This document shows positions 1-10,622 of a stretch of 20,000 nucleotides of DNA, piece after piece. Below the pieces are notes generated by a model. The model saw nothing but the letters and a program-made list of their open reading frames with translations. It made no database searches and was not told the DNA's origin. Source of the stretch: Catajapyx aquilonaris (Eukaryota); assembly GCA_000934665.2 (NCBI GenBank), contig JYFJ02001718.1, forward strand, positions 51,089-71,088. The letters run 5' to 3'. Position 1 is the first letter of the stretch. Each line of letters opens with the position of its first letter. Position numbers and translations under genes: made by a program.

Positions 1-75
1 AAGTAAATGTTAGTTCAGAGATAGTGCAATTAAATGCGAATTACAATTTTCATATATGGAGCATTTGCAATTTAC

Positions 76-2512
76 CTTGGCCCTCTTTTCCGCGTAAGCC
101 TGCATGTAAAAATTGAAGAAAAAAAGAAATATAATTGGCCCCAGTATGATTACCAAGTATTTTCCCACTAATGAACTGGGACAACCATTGAAGAATGTTT
201 GCGCCTGATGTAATGTTCCGAAGACAAACTGAACCTGCGAAAAAAAGACAACGAAAAACCATTGTATTTTTAACAGAACAAACACTTGTGTTTTATGTTT
301 ACCTTACCATCTGCATGAGAGTTAAGTACCGCTTCCACCATAAGAAGTTCTTGTATCCTAGTGCAGCTATTAAGTAGTAGGTGTACATCACGACATGAAT
401 GAAGGAGTTTATTAAAACTAAAAAGGTCCAGTGCCCCACTGAAAACACAATATAAGTTAATCCTAATACATTGGTCCATCACTTTGAAGGAATTAATACA
501 TAGTTAAATATTCTCGCTCTTAACTTACCTCCAGCAAATCTCGCCATATACCAAACAAAGAATGGCATTGTTGCATGATGTGCAATGTGAAGATTTGTGA
601 CTTGTCCAAAATTTTTGAGCAAATTGAAGAACACCTGCATGGTTATTTAAAAAATCGTGATCAAAAATTCAACCTTGGGAAATGTCCAGACCCACCGTGT
701 CCAGTAAATCCAAATATTTGGCAAAATAATACCACCCAATCGCTTGCACCATCTACAGAGAAAAGAAAGATGTAGAGTACATATTATTAAATCGCAATCT
801 AGCTTAACTGCAATGTAATAAACTTCATGAAATATTGCACACTGTACACTTGGAAAAATCCAAATATCATCGGAAAATACATAATGCACATACCGTCAAA
901 TGGTGGGAGATTGTGCCACTTTTGGAGGTTTTCCTTGCAAGCAAACCAGAGTAATTGATATTATATCAGAACGAATATTTTACACAACATTGCTGCACAT
1001 CTCACCTTTCAGATCATACGTGAAAATAATTTTTATGTACTAAGGGAGGGGAGATATAAATTCTTTTCTGTGCCACAATTTCACCTTCTCATCATATCTG
1101 GACATGGGGCCACGATGACCCACCCCACTGTGGGGGGGGGGGGGAGCTTCAATATCCCATTATTATAATTATTCAATTATTGAGCGAAATTGTTTATAAG
1201 AACTAAACAATGAGCACAATGGAATAAGACAACAATAATATATTGTTACAATAATGGGATGTCAATGGACCTTTGAGGCTTTCTAGTCCTTTGTGATTGA
1301 CGATTTCCGACCATGGGTGTCCAATCTCAAATTTCTTCCCTAGGCAGCCCCTACACACCCTAGAGAAGTCTGTCCAGAATTACAGGAAACACCTTGTTGA
1401 ATCAATACAGTTCTAATATAATAATAATCAGTGCAGGACGACTAAGGGACGTTAAGTGCAGGGCGTTAAGGGATTCAACCGTGCATTTGGTGAAAAAAGC
1501 ATGAAATTTGGTAAGAATGTCCCTGAGAGCATACTCTTCAAATTCAGATATGGCGCCAAGGCCGTTTTCGCCCAGGTGGCCCGTAATTGCGGGTTGGCTA
1601 CCTTGAAGCGAGTTAAAAGTCTTTTCTGAGCGTACTATGCCTCTCAGGCGGATATGTGCCAAACAAACGTTGTAGAGAAACATGCACTCTACAAAAAATT
1701 TCAAGTACCTTTTCCACGCACGGTCCGTATTTTCGTAGCTACAGCGACTTGAAAAAGACTTTTCACTCTCTGAAGGGTAGCCAACCCGCAATTACAGGCC
1801 TCCAGGGCGAAAACTGGCGTGCTGGCGCCATATCTGAATTTGAAGGGTATGCTCTCTGGGACATTTGTAGCAAATTTCATGCTTTTTTCACCAAATGCAC
1901 GGTTGACCCATTATTAGTCCCTTAACGTCCGGACTAAGTGTTATATTCGAGAATAAATATAAATAATAATAAATCAGATACCTTCATAGCTTGCGGGCTC
2001 TGTGAATAATCTGAAGGCTGGCAAGTGAAGCTGTATCCATTGAACCAACCTCCTTGAATGCACTAGAAGAGGAGGAAGAAACATTCAAATCATGGTCATA
2101 TCACCATCATCAGATATTCCCTGAATCCCATCAAACGGACACTGACCAAATAGACAATCCAGACGTTCAGAATCACTTGGAACGTATTGTACACTATTAG
2201 GACTTTTCTGAGCTGGAAAGGTTTCCTGCCAGTCATGAACCTCGGAAGGAGGTAACACACCAAATAAATGTAAACCAGCATGGATCCAAAGACAATAATG
2301 CCACTTTCCATCATCGGCAACGACTTGAAACGTAGGTCTGTAATGGAAAGTGAGCAATATACGTATTATTCACCAAGTAACTATACCAGGTCATACCAGC
2401 ACTGCCCGAGTCCAGGCACTTTTCTACCTTCATTGTCGTAAAATGCATAGTGGTATTGTTGAATCACAAACGTGCCCAAATTAGTTCGATTGTTTATTTC
2501 TGGATGCTCCAT
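76..2512 (-). CDS. Fatty-acyl elongase (ELO/ELOVL family), paralog 1; 3' end truncated by the window edge
   Basis: Exons (minus): 2428-2512, 2147-2337, 1982-2062, 696-752, 529-634, 308-438, 76-234. Introns are GT-AG and exon sizes match the paralogs. Motifs: KYLDLLDT, HIAHH (HxxHH), NSFIHVVMYTYY, LWWKRYLTLMQMVQ. An in-frame upstream ATG exists at 2551. A donor follows exon 7 at 75, with a branch-like CTAAC near the edge, so exon 8 is outside the window. Confidence 0.93.
1260..1397 (-). mobile_element. Possible Tc1/mariner-type terminal-repeat fragment (MITE end) in elongase-1 intron 3
   Basis: The reverse complement begins ACAAGGTGTTTCC...ACTTCTCTAGGGTG, resembling the TACAGGGTGT-type termini of Tc1/mariner-derived MITEs. 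Recognised from memory only; no partner end found. Confidence 0.3.
1430..1940. mobile_element. Non-autonomous inverted-repeat element (MITE/foldback-like), ~500 bp, in elongase-1 intron 3
   Basis: Arms at ~1475-1626 and ~1751-1906 are reverse complements, and 1475-1510 matches 1871-1906 perfectly over 36 bp. Outer GGGCGTTAAGGGA (1461-1473) pairs with TCCCTTAACGTCC (1918-1930). There is a small internal hairpin TGTAGAG..CTCTACA. No transposase and no clear TSD. Confidence 0.8.
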
Positions 2513-2696
2513 TACGTCAAGGTCTGCGACTTGTGCGGATGACTCGTTCATGTAGAATAATGTAAATATTCTGGAGGCGCAAATCACTTTCTTCGGTGTT
2601 GACTGCTGTGTATACACCTGCATTAAGAAGCAGTGCCTTTAATATCTATGAAGCAGTACGTAGAATTACGGATACAACTGTTGGTCGCTGTGTCGT

Positions 2697-2697
<1 letters not shown>

Positions 2698-2748
<51 letters not shown>
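2698..2748. repeat. (ATC)17 microsatellite
   Basis: 17 perfect ATC units, read directly. Confidence 0.97.
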
Positions 2749-4609
2749 TTTATCAATAAAATCAGTGTGGGTGCAAAATTGTACAAGTTTGCATTGCACT
2801 TGTTCTCATGAGCCGAGAAAATTATTTTCGTTGGCCTGTGACTTAGGCCTACTGTTAGTATAAGCTACACTGGTTAACGTGGTTTGATGGCCTGCACTGC
2901 TTAAGAAGATATTACGTGCTGATGCAATACATTAATACAGCTAAAATTTAATACGAAATTGCAAGGCAGAGAAGCCATTATCAAAATTCGATAAAAATAT
3001 AGTTCCATTAAAAACTGCATAAACTGAGATGAGGTTTCTCTTGGGTGACAGCTAATTATCTATTAGAAGCAAATAACTCTGAGATGAACAAAATTGATTT
3101 ACAAATAACTAGAAAAATCTACAATTTACAGAGTATCCTAACAACAATATTGAATAATAACAATAATATAAGATAATTGGGAAATTGTAAAACTTATTAT
3201 TTTAATAATAATAATCTGAACCTGGCTGATCACTCTTGTAGGCCTACTTACCACTTAGCGACTGCAGTAGCCTAATAATACTCTTGCACTATTGCAGATG
3301 ACAATAATAGTGCACATATGAGAGCCGTAACTGTGACTGAGGCTGCAACAGTGTAGTCGCATATAGGCGTCTCTCTTTTTCTCACATATTCTTTTCTCCT
3401 CCCGAAAGTTTTTGAGGAAGTAATTATTACACCATTCATCAATCGGATCTACTGTTGATTTCATAAGTCATGTTCAAGCAAAATAGACTATTTCGTAATT
3501 TTCTTTTCATGATGAAATGGCTACCTCCATATCGTTTATGGGAATTCGTATGTTACGGCATACCTATACTGAATTTTTATCTTGCCTCTTTTAGTATTTG
3601 ACGTCATCTGAGCCAATAACGTTGTTACATCAGAATGTTAAAAAAGTCATAATTAATCCAGGTGATTTTTTATTGTGAAATGCAAGGCTGTGTTAGTGTC
3701 GCTTTTTCTATAGGACGTCATTCAGAAGCTTATCAACCAATCATGTATTTGTTGTTGAACTTTTTGCTTATTTCTTCAACCACAAAGCATTACGACACTC
3801 AAGATAAAGGCACCGTACTCTCTTCCGTTGTTGAGAAATACCTAATGGGACTTCTGTAATATAGTAGTTACATAACAATTAGTGAAAAATTCCCCTCAAA
3901 ACTTCAAAAAAGAGCGAAAATTATGCACACCCGTCACACATATCCATATGCATTATTCTTCATTGATATGTTATTATTGTTGGTTCATTGTTTCCAACAA
4001 TCAATGACAAGCAATAGCCGGTCGTAACGCAATTTAACCCCCTTCTGCTTTGCGTATTGATTGGTCACATACCCAACACTTCAGATTGCATTGATGTTTT
4101 TCAGCAAAATCGATGGAGTGTGTTTGTTAATCAAATAAGGCTATTTAGTGATAGAATCATGTCCAATTATTGTTTGAAGTGTGTACTGCTGACCTTAGAA
4201 TTTGCGCTAATAATACCTATTTCATATGGCCACAAAATCATGTGATCGGTCAATTTTTTGTACGTTTTATTTTATTTTCTTCATCAACTTGGATGAAGGA
4301 TGGGTAGACTGACCAATCAATATTAAGTTGGTGAATATCTTTGCAAAATAAGGTTAGTAAAGCACTGGAAGAGTTGGTACTTGGTAGCTATGACTGATGG
4401 GGTTGTTGCTCATACAATCAGAGAAGAATGATTCCTTCCTCTTGTTCTGATTGACAGGCCAAAAAAGGAGATGATGAACCCATTTGTGGGAGGGAGATTA
4501 TTTTGGGGATGCCTGCTCAGGATTGTCGAGATGCAGAGCCAGAAAGGTAGGAGGACTGGACTATAAAATGTTTCATATCATTGCGAAGTGTCCCCCTAAA
4601 AGGGCTCTG

Positions 4610-4654
4610 CCCCAACAATGGGGTTACTTAAATAAAATAAAATAAAATAAAATA
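4610..4654 (+). repeat. Stem-loop plus (TAAAA)n tail, possibly the 3' end of a decayed non-LTR retroelement
   Basis: CCCCA-ACAA-TGGGG hairpin (4610-4623) followed by TAAATAAAATAAAATAAAATAAAATA. The retroelement origin is inferred. Confidence 0.35.
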
Positions 4655-6044
4655 TTACAAAGTAGTGTTTATAAAATTGTGATTGCGATGATTATTTGAA
4701 CTTGTATTTCATTATCCCATGCTGGTGATTTGTCACTGTGTATTTTCTTACAAGGAATTTGATGGCACATATGATTTTGTATTCGGTATATGTTGATTTT
4801 TTTGCCACGTTACAGAATGAAAGCTGTGTTGACCAAACACACGTGTGTGTCCAGATTTGTTCCAGGGACACACCAGATATAAGACGAGATTGCAATGAGA
4901 AGGCTCAAAATTACCACCCCTTAAAAACCAGTAACAGAATTAGGATTTCTCAAATTTCTTTGCTACAATGTTTTAGTATCAGGATAATGAACATAAACCA
5001 AGAATATTATTCAATATTGGGCACACCATCTGGTACAAATCTGGCTGAACTGACATGGAATGACCCATATAAGAAACATCTAGAGAGGCAGCTACCTGAT
5101 ACAGCAAAACTGTATGAGCAACATTGCTAAATCAGAGGTATTATGGCAGAAAGTCAGCATGTTTGCAAAAATCTTGCTCACCTTAGTGTACAATATCATA
5201 ACGAGGTTTTTCTGTGTTGTTTTACTTGTTCCATTATAATACTAACTTGTAAAATTAAATGCCGTCTGCAATATTATCTTGCACGCTTACAAAATGTTAA
5301 TGAAGTTTTTCCCTCTGAGGAAAACAATCTGTATAATATCAGTCCTTGAAACAATTACAGTTTAAAGTCATTACTTTGTGTGTCTCATTGTGATTTTGAA
5401 CGCTGACGTTTTTTGACAAAATATTTATGCAACTATTCAGTAAGTTTGACTGCAGCATCCAGCTGTAAACGTAACCTACTATATTACGCAGTTGATTGAT
5501 TGTGGAAGAACCATCATACTTGCCTTTTTTTTCCACTTCCTGGGTTCGCATGTATTGACGTGGGTGATTTCTTTGTAGTATGTGCCAACATTCTTCGGAA
5601 ACCACAAAATAATGATGATTGCGGCAGAAATGAATTATGTTGCTCTTGCCCAACATCCCATTGCAGTATACCACTTAAAATCATCAACTGATTTTTTTTT
5701 GTTATGCGATAATTCTGTTTGTGTAATAATTGGATTTGTTCTCCAGTTGCAGGTCAAGTGATACACCATATAAGTCAGGCACTTCAGATCATCATTTGCT
5801 TGTTGCAAACTCTCCGTATGTCTCAGCATCTCCAAGTTGTTGAAATCACTCAACAGTAAGTATGGCTGCAGAGTCATCTTCCAGAAACCTTAATTTCGCC
5901 ATTAATTTTTGGTAATGTCTGTAGGAGCGCCATCATATTTGAAAGCTGGCTTATTTTTCATTTTATTTCACTTGGTCAATAAAATTTAATGTAAGTGTCA
6001 TAATGTCATAATGCAAATGTTATTTTTATATTCTTTTAATAGAT

Positions 6045-7968
6045 ATGGGCTACAAAAGTGATGTTGGCGTGGCCAACAGTCCAAGCACTAATGGAACAGC
6101 TGGAGTAAAATCTGAGTAAGAGTAATTATAATTTTACTACTATTACTGGTACTACTAACACAAGAAATGCACTGATAATAAGAATATTGTATTGTACAGG
6201 CGCAGTCTATCAGGAGAAAAGCCCAAAGTGACCTTCACTGGAGTCCTGGATGAAACAGACACGGATGTAACCTCTGAGGTGTTGGAATATGTGGCGAAAG
6301 AAGAGGCGGAAAAGAATTACCCTGTTGAAATTGTGTGGGGGAATGTTTACAAATTTGTGGTTTTGCATATCTTCGCCTTTTGCGGATTGTATAATGTCGT
6401 GACAGGAAGGGTTTCAGGAAAGCATATCCTTGCAAGTAAGTATCTAGAACAACTATGGTGTCCTACTAACTTAATATTCATTGCAAGGTGCACTTTAAAT
6501 AAAGTAATGGTGTAATGAGGAGTTTTAGAATCAAAGTTGTGAATCTTGCAATTGACAAATTGATTTCACTTCGCGAAACCCTCCCGCCCTTACATTACAA
6601 AAATTGTTAAGCTACACATAAATCAAATATTTGTTGATGTAGTAAACAATCCATATTCTTCCTACCCTCATCTTGGACCGTAGAGCTTGACAGTGTACCA
6701 TCAACAATACCCCATGTTCATAATTATTACGCTTAAAAAGTGTATATGAATTTATTTTAATTAATAACAATGATATTCTCTGCGAAGTTGTCCTATACAG
6801 TTTCATGCTCAACTTTGGCATCGCTGGAGGAGCGCACAGACTATGGGCCCACAAGGCATACAAAGCGAAACGTGTACTTCAGATCTTCTTGCTCTATCTG
6901 CAGACCGCTGCCGGACAGGTAATGCAGGTCCAATGCAGGTGGGAATGTCAGCACACATGTCCCTTTTGTCTGAATCACCTTTCAGAACTCCCTGTACGAT
7001 TGGGTTCGGGATCACCGTATGCACCACAAGTTCACCGAGACCAATGCAGACCCACACAGCATGAAGAGAGGCTTCTTCTTTGCTCACATGGGTTGGCTCA
7101 TGTGCAAGAAGCATCCGGACCTCAAGGCGAAGGGAAAGATGATTGACATGAGCGACCTGGAGAAAGATCCGATTGTTATGTGGCAACACAGGTTTGTAGG
7201 AACCAGGCTTTAATTTTTAGAAATGATATTAATTAGTAATTATGTTTGGGTGCTTCGGTGCTACAATTTTATAGTACACTTTAAGGCAGCTACAGTCAGC
7301 AATTTATTATAATTCCATGATGTTCCAGCATTTCATTCATTTCATTTACAGGAACTATGTGATGCTCTTCTACATCATTGGTCTTGTGATTCCAGTACTA
7401 GTATTGAGGGTGCTCACCCATGAAACGTGGCTATACATTTTCACAGCAACACTAACGAGATATGCAGTGGGACTTCATATTACCTGGCTCATCAACAGCT
7501 ATGCCCATGCTTTTGGAGACAGGCCGTATGACAAGTAAGTGGTCTAAGTGTGCATGTGCGACCAATTAAACACTCAACGCATCAGTTATGTGTCGAGTCG
7601 AATTTTGAACTCATTTCTACCCCTCCAGGGATGTACAGGCTACGAATTCGATATTCATGGGATACTTGGGAGTTGGAGAAGGCTTCCACAACTACCACCA
7701 CGTGTTTCCATGGGATTACAGAGCAGCTGAACTTTACTTTTATAAAGGGTCCAATCTGACTGGTCTGATGATCGATGCTTTTGCTAAACTGGGTCTGGCA
7801 TACGACCTGAAGACTGTGGATCAGAACATGATAAAGAACAGGGTTCTGAGAACTGGAGATGGAACTCACCACGTTTGGGGCTGGGGAGACAAGGACATTC
7901 CCAAACTCCATGTCGAGGCTACCATCACACTCAATGGGAAAGAAAGCCAAACCCACAAAAAGGATTGA
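6045..7968 (+). CDS. Integral-membrane acyl-CoA desaturase (SCD/Delta9-Delta11-like family), ~388 aa
   Basis: Exons: 6045-6115, 6200-6435, 6788-6918, 6986-7191, 7352-7534, 7629-7968 (1167 nt, in frame). Three His boxes: HRLWAH, HRMHH, HNYHH. Also TGVL, IVWGNV, ADPH..RGFFFAHMGWL, RPYDK, GEGFHNYHHVFPWDY, RTGDGTH..WGWGDKD. The first coding exon and the exon-3 acceptor (AAG at 6787) are the least certain parts. Confidence 0.95.
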
Positions 7969-8151
7969 GATTTAAAAAAAAAAAAATGCAGGATAGCAAT
8001 ATGACCAGGTTATTTACCAGCCTTTCATGACTCTCCTTGTTTCCTTTTAAATGTTGACGGTATTCAATATATATATTTTTTTGCATTTTTGTACGTTCAC
8101 TCATTTGATATGATATCATGTCACATGTGCGTGAACGGATTAAAACAGATC

Positions 8152-8190
8152 AATAAATCTACTTGGTGATGGGCATGTTGATGCAATAAA
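8152..8190 (+). terminator. Candidate polyadenylation signals of the desaturase
   Basis: AATAAA at 8152-8157 and 8185-8190, ~190-220 nt after the stop, followed by a T-rich tract. Confidence 0.5.
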
Positions 8191-8623
8191 AACTTGTCCA
8201 TTACAATGTTTTTTTTCAATTCTCGGTGAAAATTTCAAGATGGCTAAATATATAAAGTTGCTTGTTGTGTAATTGAATGGCTTTGATTGGAAAGATTACA
8301 GTCACATGAGATATTTAACCAAATATGACTTGGAAATAGGGCAGTTTTTAAAGCGGGATTCAGTGATGAGCTTTCTGGTACTTGTGAAATGTCTTCTTTA
8401 ATAATAATTAATCATTATCCTGTATATGCTGATCTATACAAATGGGAATATTGGCGGCAATATCAAATACACTTTGCTATGAAGTCATTATGATTTAATT
8501 TATAACAAATTTTTCTCGGGCATCAGAACTTATCCATCTGCTACAAGTACAGGACAAAACCAATTCCTGCTTGCATGACCTTGAGTAATTGTTCCATCGA
8601 ATGAACCAAACTACATGAAAGTG

Positions 8624-10209
8624 TTATCCTTGCAAGCAAGTGAACTCCTTTATGTGGGATTGTACTTTTGCTATTGACACCTGAAAATAAGTTCAGAAAT
8701 ATATAAACTACATGCAATTTTCACTAGAATACTGGAAAATCTGCAATGTATAAGAGTACTTACGCTGCTATTTCTCCTTCCTTTGTAGGCTTGTGAGTAG
8801 AAATTATAAAAAAGCATCAGCAGGCTAGGTCCCAATGGGATGGTCAAAATTCTCGTAAATCTGGGATAGTTGCATTCGTTGAAGAACAATTGATATTCGT
8901 GAATAGCCAAGATAATGAACTGAGCCTGAAATTAAATAGTTTAATTATGGTAAATATGATCGCCGATTGTAGAAGACAACGTTGTCTTACCATTTGCATA
9001 ATAGTCAGATACTTTTTCCACCACAAGTATTTCTGGTAGCCTAATGCAGCCAGCAAGTAATACATGTACATTACTACGTGGACAAAAGAGTTGCACAGAA
9101 TCACCAATGTCCAGTGCCCACCTGTTAATGAAATTAATTGTACCACATGCAACACAGTCACAATATGCATGATAGTATTTTTGTCCAAGGAATATACTTA
9201 CCACCTATAAATCTTATTGTATACCACACGAAAAATGGCATCAACATGTGATGAAACATGTGAAGAAAACTGACTTGCCTGTAACTCTTCCGCAGTACAA
9301 AGAATGCCTAGGGTGTGAAAAATATGTCAGAATGTAGTATACCGTGTCTTTTGAAATACAGATTTAAACCGTACCGTGTCCAACCAATCAACAAACTTGG
9401 CAAATAGGTACCACCAACATGCATCCAACATCTGAAAACAGGCGTAATTAGTTTAAGAACACTGTTCGACAAGGAAGCATTTGCTCGGGTTATGATGTGT
9501 GTTTCAATACAGAATATACAATACAGAAAATACTTATTGAAACACACATCATAACCCCTAGAAAATGTTTCCTTGTCGAACAGTGGAATTGATCATAAGT
9601 ACAGATTCATAATGCAAGGGTCTGGCATACACAATTAAATATTGACCTTTTTCAAAACTACTTGACCCTGGTAAATAATGGTATAGCATGTACAGTTATT
9701 ACCGCCATTGCTTTCGGATTCCTGGAGAAATCTCCTGGTTGGCACCTGAAACTGTATCCATTGAACCATCCTCCTCTGACACACTGCAAATGATCATTTT
9801 GTTCTGAACATGTTTAATCATCCTTTGGACTTCATGTTCTCACCAGGATTATAATCCATATGTTCAAGGCTACTTGAAATGCGTTGTAGGCCATGATGAC
9901 TCTTTTCATCTGGAAAGGCTGTCGATCCACCATGAGCTTGGGAAGTGCATAACATGAGAGGAGCAAGTAGCCCAAGGTTGACCACACGATCAGGGAAGTG
10001 CTTCCCATCAAGGGCCACTCCATCATGCGAGGATCTGAAATGTACTGGCCATTGAAGCCTAATAGGTGTCAAAATAAACAATGTGATGCCTACATGGCAG
10101 AACACTTACCTCTATTTTTGTTTATGAGGAAATGGTACTGCCGAGTCATATATGGAACTAAAGAGGTAATATTCTCGCTTGTAATGTCACTCATGATGGC
10201 GAAGTTCAT
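8624..10209 (-). CDS. Fatty-acyl elongase (ELO/ELOVL family), paralog 2, ~294 aa
   Basis: Exons (minus): 10110-10209 (alternative ATG 10194), 9844-10034, 9703-9783, 9375-9431, 9202-9307, 8991-9121, 8764-8925, 8624-8680. Motifs: [53 protein letters not shown]. Ends ...KEFTCLQG*. Confidence 0.95.
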
Positions 10210-10211
10210 GA

Positions 10212-10622
10212 CTGTTGAGATTTAAAAATTTATTAGATTTATATGAGCGTATTTGAGCGATCAATATTGAACATTTGTAACGTAAGTCAAGAAACACAAT
10301 CATTTTTCCGTAGGTTTGAGTTATGTCGAAGTCCTGTAATATGTTGTCTCTGTATACTCAGCCATCACATTATGGACACAAGCACTGACCACACACTTGG
10401 ACTACAACGTAAGTAAATACCACAGAAAAATAATGTTAATAACATGAAAATTCTCACTCTTCAAAATGGTAAAATTGTCGTTTTCATTAGATCAAGCTAT
10501 GCAAACGACCCTTTTTCTTACCTTCTGAACTTCCAACAAAATGTTACCAACTGGACCCAGCTATAGGAGCAGTATTGCTCAGCACTGCTCTTGAGCATGA
10601 TATACTTTGCTGAACTTATATA
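10212..10622 (-). promoter_or_regulatory. Candidate TATA box, 5'UTR exon and 5'UTR intron of elongase 2
   Basis: Minus-strand TATATAA at 10622-10616, donor AAG|GTAAGA at 10521, and acceptor ...TCTCAACAG| ending at 10212, 2 nt before the ATG. Confidence 0.45.

Noticed and set aside
430..441. Apparent frameshift at the start of elongase-1 exon 6 (CAG|TGGGGCAC versus CAG|GTGGGCAC)
   Set aside because: The exon is still 131 nt and in frame. It is only a Gly-to-Val change, so elongase 1 is not a pseudogene on this evidence.
890..1090. Possible pogo-like terminal repeats, and a CCTTGCAAGCAA match to elongase-2 exon 8
   Set aside because: The inverted match is short and degenerate, and the 12-bp identity has no exon context.
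1402..1925. Two opposite-strand ORFs (129 aa and 89 aa) sharing peptides such as GSQPAITG and KFHAFFTKCTV
   Set aside because: Artefact of the inverted-repeat element: each arm translates to the same peptide. No transposase or other motif.
2596..2811. ORF with a poly-Ile run resembling a transmembrane peptide
   Set aside because: Simply the translated (ATC)17 microsatellite.
4692..5877. Several 60-130 aa ORFs between elongase 1 and the desaturase
   Set aside because: No recognisable domain and no consistent exon chain; expected by chance. Only the desaturase-linked candidate exon is kept as a finding.
6809..7956. Long antisense ORFs (126 aa and 124 aa) over the desaturase
   Set aside because: Shadows of GC-richer coding exons that cross intron boundaries; no independent evidence.
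7969..8623. Possible overlapping 3'UTRs (natural antisense) of the desaturase and elongase 2
   Set aside because: Each gene has plausible poly(A) signals before reaching the other (plus AATAAA 8152/8185; minus ATTAAA ~8494/8397), so overlap is not required.
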